Source of the DNA: an uncultured Kordiimonas sp.
GTDB taxonomy: Bacteria; Pseudomonadota; Alphaproteobacteria; Sphingomonadales; Kordiimonadaceae
Direction: 5' to 3'
Assembly: GCA_947503575.1 (NCBI GenBank)
Contig: CANNDZ010000003.1
Location: 159,100 to 223,099 of the forward strand
DNA: 64,000 nucleotides
The translations under genes and the position numbers were made by a program. Shown here piece after piece: positions 27,911-37,191 of this stretch. Within the stretch, counting starts at the first letter, position 1, and every line of letters begins with the position of its first letter. The notes under the pieces were generated by a model. It did not search any database, had not been told where the DNA came from, and was given only the letters and a program-made list of their open reading frames with translations.

Positions 27911-30900
27911 TTATTGAACGGCTGTTTGATTAAAAAGGCCAAGCCCTGCTCTGCGGGCGGCAGCCTTCAGATCAGACAGGTCTCGGGTGATCAGGTTATT
28001 GACCTCCGAGACAGCGTCCGACACTGCAGTTTTAGCCTTGTCCACCTGCGCAAGCGCTGCTTGGTTCGGGGCGTCCCGCGTACTGGAAACATAGGCGTTA
28101 GCAAGCCCTAAAACAGCACCAACCTTGTCCGCAGAAAAGACAATTCCCCGCGTCCCACGGGGGTTGCGAAAACGCTTTTCAATATCTTCAAATGCGCTTT
28201 TCACATCACCAGCTTTCTTGGATAAATCCTTGAAAGCATCTGCATTCTCATCGGCTGTCGCCGACTTGATCAGAGTCATCAGGGTGTCGATATCACGGCG
28301 AGCCTCCATAACCTGTGTCAAGGCAGCCTGCACCTGCGCGTTCAAGCCAGACAAATCTGTCCGCATTTGATAATTGGCACGCTGCGCACTTATATCAAAC
28401 TTGGACCGCGGGTCGGCCAAAACCTGAACCTCACCGCTGTCACTGTTATCGCCGTACTCAACGGTAACTGTGTAACTGCCTGGCAAAATTTCAGTGCCTG
28501 CGGGCAACATGCCGTCCGCACGCGGTTTTGCAGGTGGTGCGGCTTGGACGCCGTCCTGCCGCATATTCCACATAATGCGGTTAATACCCTTATGGGCATT
28601 GGCTTTAAATGTCCTGATCGTGTCACCGTTGCTGTTTGCGACTTTGACCGTAACCTTATTGCCATCGCTTTTTTCATCTCCGTCATCATCTTGATCAGCG
28701 GAGGCCCGCATCGCCACCTGACGAGCCTTTTCCTTAGCCGAATCCGGGTGAGGCAAGTCATCGCCTGACGCCATAAAGGTGATCATCACGCCAAACGGTT
28801 CGTTATCAGCGCGGAATTCCCCGCTGCCAGGGAAGCGTGTGCCTGGCGTCTGGTTGGCGCTGTATTGCATACCATCCGCGAGCGATAGAATTTTGAGGTT
28901 CTGGGTGAAGCTTTCCTCGTTCAATCCCCTCAACGCACTATAGTCATCTATCACAAAGGCAGATCGCCCGTGCGTGCCCAGGACAAGATCATCTTCCCCT
29001 TCATGGATGGCCACATCCATCACCGAAACGGTTGGAACACCCTCCGTCCATTTAGTCCATTCCCGGCCTGCGTTGGAAGAAAAGAACAAACCAAACTCAG
29101 TACCCAGGAACAAAAGGTTTTCGTCCTTGTGGTCCTGGCGAATAGAAAGCGCGTAGCCGGAAACGTCATCCGTTACCAGGGGCCGCCAACGCTGGCCATA
29201 ATTTTCCATACGGTACACATAGGGTTTGTTGTCACCGCGCCGGTGATCATCGACCACAATGAAAGCAACTGATGGGTCATACCGGGATGGTTCAATCATC
29301 GGTATCCAGCCGCCTTTGGGGCCCCGGCGAATGTTATCTTCAACACTATCCCATGTTGCACCACCGTCGCGGGTCACATGCACCCGACCATCGTCTGTAC
29401 CAATCCAGATAACGTTGGCGTCAATGGGAGACGGGTTGATGGATGTGATGCTGGTGTAGTTTTCTGCCGCCGTTACATCAGGGGTGATACCGCCGCTTTC
29501 TTTGTACGTTTGGAATTCCGGGTTGTTGGTTGTCATATCCCCGCTGATGATCTGCCATGTCTGGCCTCGATCCGTCGACTTGTGCACAAACTGGCTACCA
29601 TAATAGATGGTGTTTACATCAAACGGACTTTGAGCAAATCCTGAGTTCCAATTGAACCGCAATTCCGTGCCATCATCTGGACCTTTGGGCCGCACCAGAC
29701 GGCGCTCGCCTGTGTCCAGATTCCAGTCCACCAAAAAACCGCCCTGGCTCATGGAGATGCCCTCGCGGCTGTTGTTTGGGTGTGGAATGGTGTCAAAACC
29801 ATCGCCAAACGCCACTTCCTGCCAGTGCAAATTACGAATACCGCCGTTTTCAAACACTTCGGCCGGGCCGCGCCACGCGCCGTTATCCTGCAACCCGCCA
29901 TAAATATTGTAGGGCACATCATTATCGACAGCGACATGATAGAATTGTGCAAGCGGCAGATTTTCAACAAACCGCCAGGTTTCACCGCCGTCTTGCGTTA
30001 TGCCGATGCCGCCATCGTTGCCATCAATCATGTGGCGCGGATCATTGGGATTGATCCACCAGGCGTGGTTATCAATGTGAATGCTGTTGGTTGGCGCACA
30101 GCAGGCAATTGCGTCTACGAAATCAAACGACTTGCCGCCATCAATCGACATCTTGACCCGTGACCCCACCCGGTAAACCCGATCAGGGTTCTGCGGATCG
30201 ACCGCAATATCGTTATAATAAAAGGGCCGATCATTGATGTCCGGGTCAGAATTAACCGTCGCCCATGTACGCCCCCCATCATCAGAGCGCGACAGCACGC
30301 TTTTTTCCGCCTCAATCAAGGCATACACGCGATTGGGGTTGCTGCGCGAAATCGCGAATGCAGACCGCCCCAGCTGCCCCTCTGGCAACCCATCTTCCTG
30401 GGTCATTTGTTCCCACGTTTCTCCCGCATCGTGAGAAACATAAAGGCCAGACCCTTCACCGCCTGATTTGAAGAAATACGGCCAGCGCCTGAACTGCCAC
30501 ATAGAGGCAAAGAGTTTGTTTGGGTTAGAGGGGTCCATCTGAACATCGGTGGCGCCTGTGCTTTCGTTTACATACAAAAGCCGGTTCCATGTCTTGCCAC
30601 CGTCAGTGGTTTTGTAAAGACCGCGTTCTTCGCTATCACCCCACAATTTGCCCAAAACTGCAGCATAGGCCACATCCGGGTTGGTTGGGTCCAGCGCAAT
30701 CCGATTGATCCGTTCAGAGTTTTCAAGGCCGACTTTTGCCCATGTCTTACCGCCATCGAGCGATTTGAACATGCCACAACCGATTGACGTTGAATTCCGT
30801 GTATTGCCTTCACCTGTGCCAACCCAGATAACATCCGGGTTTGCCTGATTGATGGCAACAGCGCCAACAGAGGCACACTCCTGATCATCAAACACAGGGG

Positions 30901-31138
30901 TCCAGTTCAAACCACCATTGCTGGAAATCCAAACGCCACCTGTTGCGGCACCAACCACAATGTGATTGGGGTCCGATGCAACGGCGTCGATGGCTGCAAC
31001 GCGCCCGCTCATGGCGGCAGGGCCGACCACGCGGGCTTTCATGCCTGCGAGCAGGTCGCTATCAATATCAGCATGAACTGCTGCCGAGCCTAGCATCAAC
31101 GCAGCCGCACAGGTCATTGTTTTAAATATGTTTTTCAC
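27911..31138 (-). CDS. Secreted BNR/Asp-box (VPS10-like) protein, paralog 2
   Basis: ARVVGPAAMSGRV, Asp-boxes, QFY, GGLQDN, GTHGRS, INRIMWNMR; GTG at 31138 with GGAGAGG RBS. Confidence 0.88.
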   Translation of the reverse strand: MKNIFKTMTCAAALMLGSAAVHADIDSDLLAGMKARVVGPAAMSGRVAAIDAVASDPNHIVVGAATGGVWISSNGGLNWTPVFDDQECASVGAVAINQANPDVIWVGTGEGNTRNSTSIGCGMFKSLDGGKTWAKVGLENSERINRIALDPTNPDVAYAAVLGKLWGDSEERGLYKTTDGGKTWNRLLYVNESTGATDVQMDPSNPNKLFASMWQFRRWPYFFKSGGEGSGLYVSHDAGETWEQMTQEDGLPEGQLGRSAFAISRSNPNRVYALIEAEKSVLSRSDDGGRTWATVNSDPDINDRPFYYNDIAVDPQNPDRVYRVGSRVKMSIDGGKSFDFVDAIACCAPTNSIHIDNHAWWINPNDPRHMIDGNDGGIGITQDGGETWRFVENLPLAQFYHVAVDNDVPYNIYGGLQDNGAWRGPAEVFENGGIRNLHWQEVAFGDGFDTIPHPNNSREGISMSQGGFLVDWNLDTGERRLVRPKGPDDGTELRFNWNSGFAQSPFDVNTIYYGSQFVHKSTDRGQTWQIISGDMTTNNPEFQTYKESGGITPDVTAAENYTSITSINPSPIDANVIWIGTDDGRVHVTRDGGATWDSVEDNIRRGPKGGWIPMIEPSRYDPSVAFIVVDDHRRGDNKPYVYRMENYGQRWRPLVTDDVSGYALSIRQDHKDENLLFLGTEFGLFFSSNAGREWTKWTEGVPTVSVMDVAIHEGEDDLVLGTHGRSAFVIDDYSALRGLNEESFTQNLKILSLADGMQYSANQTPGTRFPGSGEFRADNEPFGVMITFMASGDDLPHPDSAKEKARQVAMRASADQDDDGDEKSDGNKVTVKVANSNGDTIRTFKANAHKGINRIMWNMRQDGVQAAPPAKPRADGMLPAGTEILPGSYTVTVEYGDNSDSGEVQVLADPRSKFDISAQRANYQMRTDLSGLNAQVQAALTQVMEARRDIDTLMTLIKSATADENADAFKDLSKKAGDVKSAFEDIEKRFRNPRGTRGIVFSADKVGAVLGLANAYVSSTRDAPNQAALAQVDKAKTAVSDAVSEVNNLITRDLSDLKAAARRAGLGLFNQTAVQ

Positions 31139-31153
31139 TACCCTCTCCCATCG

Positions 31154-31183
31154 AAAAAAGAAGGCGCCATAAGCGCCTTCTTT
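31154..31183 (-). terminator. Intrinsic terminator between VPS10 paralogs 1 and 2
   Basis: Minus strand AAAGAAGGCGC-TTATG-GCGCCTTCTTTTTT. Confidence 0.8.
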
Positions 31184-31190
31184 ATTGAGT

Positions 31191-34100
31191 TTATTCTGTG
31201 TCGGTGAAGTTTGGCGTCGCAACCGCACTACGACCACTGTCCGCAAACGCCTGATTGAAGGCCGCAATCTGATCGGAAACAACCGCATCCCTTGCCGCCA
31301 TGGCATCCCGGAACACTGCCGCAACATCGTTGAACCGCTCTTTTGTGCCTGCATTAACAGGTGGAATACCGCCATTCAGGTTGCCATACAGGAACTGCAA
31401 GTCAGAATGCAGCTTATCGGGCCAATTCAAAACATCCTGGAAGAATTCCCGTTCTGTGTTTATCAGACCTTTCTCCCAGTCCTCGATAGCCTTAACGGCA
31501 GCATCACCTGCTGCCTTCAGCGCTTCATGGTCCTTATTGGCTTCTGAAACCGTTTTCGCCTGAAGCTTGGCCTGCCGCATGGCGATAACCGACTGCTGCA
31601 ACTCGCCCAGCATATCAAATGCCTGGCTCACCATTGTGGTCTGCTCAGCAATAGCGGTGGCAGCAATATCAAGCCGTGGGTCCCACTGCACGTCAAAGCT
31701 TTGTTCTGACGTTGTGTCGCCGACGGTTAATCTTGCGGTATAGGTGCCCGGAGCTAACACAAAACCATCAACTTTGCGGTCGCTGCCTCCTGCAACGGAC
31801 CACAGGCCTTTGATTGGTTTCAGGGCCTCTGTTTGCAAGTCCCATTGCGCACGGTTAAGGCCGGTTTTCATTGGCAGGCTATAGGCACTGCCTGAGCCGC
31901 CGCCGTCTTCACCCTTTTTCTCGTCCGACTTGAGCGTGCGAATAACATCGCCGTCCGAATTCAGGATCTCAACAGAAATACCGTCCTCCGGCACATCTGA
32001 CAGGCTGTAATACAATGAAGCCCCTGATGGCGGGTTCGGGCTTGATGGACCACCATTGCGCGAGCCAGCGGTGGTCACGTGATAGGCAGTTGACGGGGCA
32101 AACAAAGTGGCGCCCTCATCAACATCGTCCTGCATCTGACGCAGCGGCGAAATATCGTCCAAAATCCAGAAGCCACGCCCCTGAGTGGACAACAGCAGAT
32201 CTGTGCCATGAACCTTGATGTCCGTTACCGGCAAGTGCGGCAAATTCATTTGCATTGGCTGCCAGTTGTCACCGTCATCAAACGATACATACATGCCGGT
32301 TTCGGTACCGGCGTATAGCATTCCTTTGCGTACTGTATCTTCCCGCACGACGCGCACGAAGTCACCTTCGGGAATACCGCCTGCAATTTGCGTCCAACGC
32401 CGACCATAGTTCGTTGTTTTGTAGATCAGCGGCGTATGATCGTTTTCCTTGTAACGGGTGACCGCGACGTAAGCGGTTGCCGGATCATGCGGCGATACGT
32501 CTATAGCATTGACGAGAGCCATGCCGATGCCGCGCGGCGTGATATTTTGCCAATTTGCGCCGTCATCTCTTGTTACATGCACAAGGCCATCGTCGCTGCC
32601 TGCGTAGAAGGTGCCAGCTTCATGCATGCTTTCTGCGACATAGGTGATGGTATTATAGTTTTCCGATACCTCATTGGTGATCGGGCCACCCATCGGGCCT
32701 TGCATGGCCTCGTCGTTGCGTGTCAGATCAGGGCTGACCTCTGTCCAGCTTACGCCCCGGTCGGTTGATTTCAGCAACTTGTTACCGGCATGGTAAATCG
32801 CAGATGGGTCATGCTGCGAGACCAGAATGGGCGCATTCCAGTTAAAGCGATACTTACGGTTCTTTGGCGGATTGCCAAAGGACATTTCAGGGTATGCACT
32901 GACATTGCGCTGGGTTTCGGTTTCAAAATCATATTCGTCAATCTGGCCGAGGTAGCACCCTGAATACGCGTAGCGCGGATTATCGCGGTCAAGCCCAACA
33001 AAGCCGCTTTCACAACCGCCAACAGCATGAAAGTCTTCCAAGCCAATAGAGCCGTCAGGTGCCCGGCTCAGGAGGGCAACAGTGCTGTTATCCTGCTGAC
33101 CACCGTAAAGACGGTAAGCAAAGTTATTGTCTGCATTCAGACGATAAATCTGGGTTGTTGGTTGATTATAGATCGTCGACCAGCTTTTGGCCCCGTCAAG
33201 CGACACAGTACCCCCGCCATCGTTGGCATTGATCATGATGTCCGTATTATCAGGATTGATCCACAAATCGTGAGTGTCGCCGTGCGGCACGCTGATTTGG
33301 TTGAAGCTTTTGCCCCCATCAATTGACTTCATAAACGGTGCATTCAGGACATAAACCGTGTTTTCATCCTTCGGGTCGGCAAAAACATGCATGTAATACC
33401 AGGAACGCGCATGCAGGCGGCGGTCACCGTTTACATGGGTCCAGTTTTCGCCACCATCTGTGGATTTATACAGCCCGCCTTTTTCTTTGGCTTCGACAAT
33501 CGCCCACACCAGGTCAGATTTGGCGGGCGATGCGACCACGCCAATTTTGCCCACTTGTTCGGGCAAGCCTTTGCCTGTTTTGGTCCAGGTTTCGCCACCA
33601 TCAACAGATTTCCAAATGCCGGACCCGGGCCCGCCAGAGCGAATGAACCATGGCTCTCGGTCTGTGTCCCACATCGCAGCATATAGAATGCGCGGATTGC
33701 TGGCATCCACTGTCAGGTCAACGGCACCCGATGTTTCATCGACAAACAGGGTTTTGTTCCAGGTTTCGCCGCCATCGGTGGATTTGTAGACACCACGGTC
33801 TTCCGTTGGTGCCCAGGGCGAACCTTGCACCGCTACCCAGATAACGTCGGCGTTTGTCGGGTGAATATGAACCGTGGATATCTGGCGGCTGTTCGGCAGC
33901 CCCATATTTTTCCAGGTTTTGCCCGCGTCTTTTGATATGTAAACGCCGTCCCCGTGCGAGGATGCGACACCCCGGAAAGGTGACTCGCCCATACCGACCA
34001 CAACAACATTCGGGTCAGACGGCGCAACAGCAATCGCACCGACAGAACCGGTTTTAAAGAATTTGTCAGAAACATTAGTCCAGTCGCCGCCGGCGTTGGT

Positions 34101-34346
34101 GGTTTTCCAAACACCACCGCCCGTGCCGCCCATGTAATACACGCGCGCATCGCTGGTTGTGCCTGCAACGGCAGTTACCCGGCCACCCCGCCAAGGGCCA
34201 ATGCTGCGATATTCCATGCCATCCAAATAGTTTGGTGGCACATAATAGTCATCTTCATCCGTCTGTGCGAAAGCAGGCAGTGCAAAAGCGCTGCTCATCA
34301 GGGCCGTACCCGCAAGCAAGGCCGTAAGTTTACTTTTTAGTGTCAT
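31191..34346 (-). CDS. Secreted BNR/Asp-box (VPS10-like) protein, paralog 1
   Basis: Signal peptide ending AFAQ, YRSIGPWRGGRV, Asp-boxes, QIY, GGQQDN, STQGRGFW, LNRAQWDLQ. Confidence 0.9.
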   Translation of the reverse strand: MTLKSKLTALLAGTALMSSAFALPAFAQTDEDDYYVPPNYLDGMEYRSIGPWRGGRVTAVAGTTSDARVYYMGGTGGGVWKTTNAGGDWTNVSDKFFKTGSVGAIAVAPSDPNVVVVGMGESPFRGVASSHGDGVYISKDAGKTWKNMGLPNSRQISTVHIHPTNADVIWVAVQGSPWAPTEDRGVYKSTDGGETWNKTLFVDETSGAVDLTVDASNPRILYAAMWDTDREPWFIRSGGPGSGIWKSVDGGETWTKTGKGLPEQVGKIGVVASPAKSDLVWAIVEAKEKGGLYKSTDGGENWTHVNGDRRLHARSWYYMHVFADPKDENTVYVLNAPFMKSIDGGKSFNQISVPHGDTHDLWINPDNTDIMINANDGGGTVSLDGAKSWSTIYNQPTTQIYRLNADNNFAYRLYGGQQDNSTVALLSRAPDGSIGLEDFHAVGGCESGFVGLDRDNPRYAYSGCYLGQIDEYDFETETQRNVSAYPEMSFGNPPKNRKYRFNWNAPILVSQHDPSAIYHAGNKLLKSTDRGVSWTEVSPDLTRNDEAMQGPMGGPITNEVSENYNTITYVAESMHEAGTFYAGSDDGLVHVTRDDGANWQNITPRGIGMALVNAIDVSPHDPATAYVAVTRYKENDHTPLIYKTTNYGRRWTQIAGGIPEGDFVRVVREDTVRKGMLYAGTETGMYVSFDDGDNWQPMQMNLPHLPVTDIKVHGTDLLLSTQGRGFWILDDISPLRQMQDDVDEGATLFAPSTAYHVTTAGSRNGGPSSPNPPSGASLYYSLSDVPEDGISVEILNSDGDVIRTLKSDEKKGEDGGGSGSAYSLPMKTGLNRAQWDLQTEALKPIKGLWSVAGGSDRKVDGFVLAPGTYTARLTVGDTTSEQSFDVQWDPRLDIAATAIAEQTTMVSQAFDMLGELQQSVIAMRQAKLQAKTVSEANKDHEALKAAGDAAVKAIEDWEKGLINTEREFFQDVLNWPDKLHSDLQFLYGNLNGGIPPVNAGTKERFNDVAAVFRDAMAARDAVVSDQIAAFNQAFADSGRSAVATPNFTDTE

Positions 34347-34420
34347 GTGTAGCTCCCCTTTATAAGCTGACCGGTCCGTGTCCCCAGATCTGGTCGACTT
34401 TCATCAAATCTTGTCGCTGA

Positions 34421-34996
34421 CTATTCAGCGGGCTGTCTTAGTCCGTCCGCCCGCAGTTGGGCGGCCTCTCGCTTTTTTTGTTTGTTTTTGCGCTTTTTTA
34501 TGCGCGGCATGAAAAACAGGTACAAACCGGTTGCCCATAGAATAAACAGAACAATCCCGGCGGGTAAAAATACAAAAAGCTTAGTGGCATCACTGAAAAA
34601 ACTGCCGTCATGAAGGCTTTCTATGAAGTCAGACCGCCGATACGCAACTTGCAGTATCGCACCCGTTTTTGTGTCAACCTGAACTTCGTAACTGTTTGGG
34701 CCAACAAACTTCACAATCCCTTTGCTGGGCTTGAAATCAACACGGTCCAGGTCGCCCCAAACCCAGGACTTTGCCTCTGGTACAGTCGTCGCCGCCCGGA
34801 ACAACTCTTCAAGTGTTAAAACAGGTATGTCAGTGGTGGACCCAGCAACGGTTTCAGGCTGAATCCAGGAAATTTCTTTTTTGAGCATCAAAAGGATGCC
34901 CGCACCGATCATGAGCAGAAGTGGCAGCGCGATAATGATCGAGCCCCAATGATGGATTGTCCGCAGTAATATCTGTGGCTTCAAGCCTGCCCTCAC
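34421..34996 (-). CDS. PepSY-associated TM helix protein
   Basis: RTIHHWGS, two TM segments flanking a PepSY-like loop, FIESLHDGSFF. Confidence 0.8.
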   Translation of the reverse strand: MRAGLKPQILLRTIHHWGSIIIALPLLLMIGAGILLMLKKEISWIQPETVAGSTTDIPVLTLEELFRAATTVPEAKSWVWGDLDRVDFKPSKGIVKFVGPNSYEVQVDTKTGAILQVAYRRSDFIESLHDGSFFSDATKLFVFLPAGIVLFILWATGLYLFFMPRIKKRKNKQKKREAAQLRADGLRQPAE

Positions 34997-35013
34997 CCAA
35001 GTTACATCCGGAC

Positions 35014-37017
35014 CTAAAAGATAGCCCGAAGCCCAATTATTATGGTCCGGCCGGGGTCCGGCAGACCTAACTGAGGCTCAACAAACGTGTCCGTCAAATT
35101 CTCAAGCTGAGCAAATAGCTCTACGTTTGACCCACTCGACACTGCACGAAGCAAATGCCTTGCTGACAAATCTAAAGTCATTGCAGGCGATAAGTCCAGA
35201 AACTCACCCGTTATGTCTTCTGATTTAGCCGCGCCTCTGTAAACCACCGATAGCCCAAAGGTGGTCTCAGCCCCTAATTGATACTGCGCGTCCATGCGCG
35301 CAAGCCAATTGGGACGATCTGAAAGGTAGAGACGATGAATTGAATTAGCAACAAAATCTGACTTTGCCCTGGTCCGGTTCCAAGTTGCATTTCCAGTCAC
35401 TTTCAGGCTTTCCGACATTCGCCAGTCCAGCTTTGTTTCAATACCGTAACTTCTGGACCCTGCCAGATTAACACGTTGACGCAGCATATCGCCGCCCATT
35501 TGCACAGACACCTGGTCCAGTGTGTTCTCTGACTCCACAAAAAAGGGCGTGACTTCAAGCGAGCCAGAGCGCCACGAATAGGCACCTGAAACTTCAAACA
35601 ACCAATTGTTTTCGGGAACAAGGTCGGGGTTCAAAACAAACCGGCCTAGTGCCTCGCCAAACAACTCTCGCATTGTTGGAAGGCGGACTTTCTTTCCCAT
35701 GCCCACCCGAAATCGCCAACGAGATGAAGGCATCATATTCAAATTCACGGACGCATTTACCCCGTCGAACGAACCAGCACTTTCCCGGCCTGCCGTTCTT
35801 TTTGGATCAAACACATCGTATCCAACACCAAAATGCAGTGATGCGACATCACTCAATGTCTGCTGGTGGTCAATCGCCAGGCTACCCAGAAAATGCGTGA
35901 AAACTTCTGTTTCATCATCTGGATCGCCGAGCATAACGCGCGTTTCTTCATGGCGTGCCCATTGCCCCGAGGCACTCACGATTGTCGTGTTTTCTTTCCC
36001 GGTTCGCGTAAGCGCCAACTTTACACCCGTAGTATCGTTGTCATCAAACTGGCGAGATTGCAGGACATTATAAGTAGCGTCAGTGAACGACTGAATTTCC
36101 TGGCGGTAATCCTGACTCCAGATGACTGTATTCAGGTCCAGGTTGGCGCTAACGAGCACATCAAGGTGCCCGGCAAGCAAAAGATGGTCCGTATCGGGGA
36201 AACGCCAAAAACGTGAGTTTGCAAGGTTAACGCGCTGCCCCTGTTCAGGCGCAATGCCAAACTGAGCCGCAGAATATAGCGCAGAGAAACCGAAACTACC
36301 CTGCCCGATGCGCCACTTACCGGTACCGGCAATATTGTTTGTTTGTCGGTCAGTATTGGTGATCAGATCATTCTGGTTAACAGAAAACAGTGAACCGGAC
36401 CGAGGTGAAATGCGCCCATCAAGGCTGGAATGGGCGACTGCGACTGTTCCATCAAACCCGTTTTGGGACACAGATGCGCTGGCTTCTGCATTACGCAAAC
36501 CACCATTACCAGCCGATAGACGAACGATCGATGGGGTTTCTGTCCCGGAGCTCAGGCTTATAACGCCGCCGGCAGTATTGGCACCAAACTGCATAGCCGT
36601 AGGCCCGACAAAGGTTTCAAGTTTTGAAATACCAAGGGCGGGAAACAAACTGAGGTCAAATCGGTTGTCCCACGGTACATTGACCGGAATGTCGTTCCAA
36701 ACCAATGCCAATTGTCGTTCACCGCTGCCCCGGATTGATGCAAGAACTTCCCCGCGTGAATTTGTGCGAATATTGATAGCCGGAACGGAAACGAGGATGT
36801 CTGCAAGGCTTTGGGGGCTTACAGGGGCAAATTCCTGCTGCGTAAGCGCAAATCCGGACCCTGGCTTCTCAAAAACTTCATCTTGCGCAGCCGTGACTTC
36901 GACCGTTTCAAGGTCATCTTTCCAAGCATCTGTGCCAGCAGCCACAGATGCAGGTGTTGGGGCGCACAAATACGCCACGCAAACAGACCCCATGATTTGC
37001 AGCGACGCGCGCGCCAT
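35014..37017 (-). CDS. TonB-dependent receptor (small, 667 aa)
   Basis: TonB box LETVEVTA, plug IRGSG, GANTAGGVI, alternating beta strands, ENLTD and terminal Phe. Confidence 0.88.
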   Translation of the reverse strand: MARASLQIMGSVCVAYLCAPTPASVAAGTDAWKDDLETVEVTAAQDEVFEKPGSGFALTQQEFAPVSPQSLADILVSVPAINIRTNSRGEVLASIRGSGERQLALVWNDIPVNVPWDNRFDLSLFPALGISKLETFVGPTAMQFGANTAGGVISLSSGTETPSIVRLSAGNGGLRNAEASASVSQNGFDGTVAVAHSSLDGRISPRSGSLFSVNQNDLITNTDRQTNNIAGTGKWRIGQGSFGFSALYSAAQFGIAPEQGQRVNLANSRFWRFPDTDHLLLAGHLDVLVSANLDLNTVIWSQDYRQEIQSFTDATYNVLQSRQFDDNDTTGVKLALTRTGKENTTIVSASGQWARHEETRVMLGDPDDETEVFTHFLGSLAIDHQQTLSDVASLHFGVGYDVFDPKRTAGRESAGSFDGVNASVNLNMMPSSRWRFRVGMGKKVRLPTMRELFGEALGRFVLNPDLVPENNWLFEVSGAYSWRSGSLEVTPFFVESENTLDQVSVQMGGDMLRQRVNLAGSRSYGIETKLDWRMSESLKVTGNATWNRTRAKSDFVANSIHRLYLSDRPNWLARMDAQYQLGAETTFGLSVVYRGAAKSEDITGEFLDLSPAMTLDLSARHLLRAVSSGSNVELFAQLENLTDTFVEPQLGLPDPGRTIIIGLRAIF

Positions 37018-37191
37018 ACATCAACTTTCAGTCAAAGCAGACCAAGCTAAACCAGCCAGCGTTACAGACAGCCATGTTTATCGGAAATCCCGCGGTAGGG
37101 CGCAACAGTTGTTGAATAAACTATAGTTTTATCAAACATCTATTATGACTTAGTACCGAAAAGTAAGATTGCCCAGAATACATAGAGCTGG

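Noticed and set aside
36308-37126. 272-aa plus-strand ORF
   Set aside because: Antisense shadow of the TonB receptor, with no motif and Ser/Pro/Ala-biased composition
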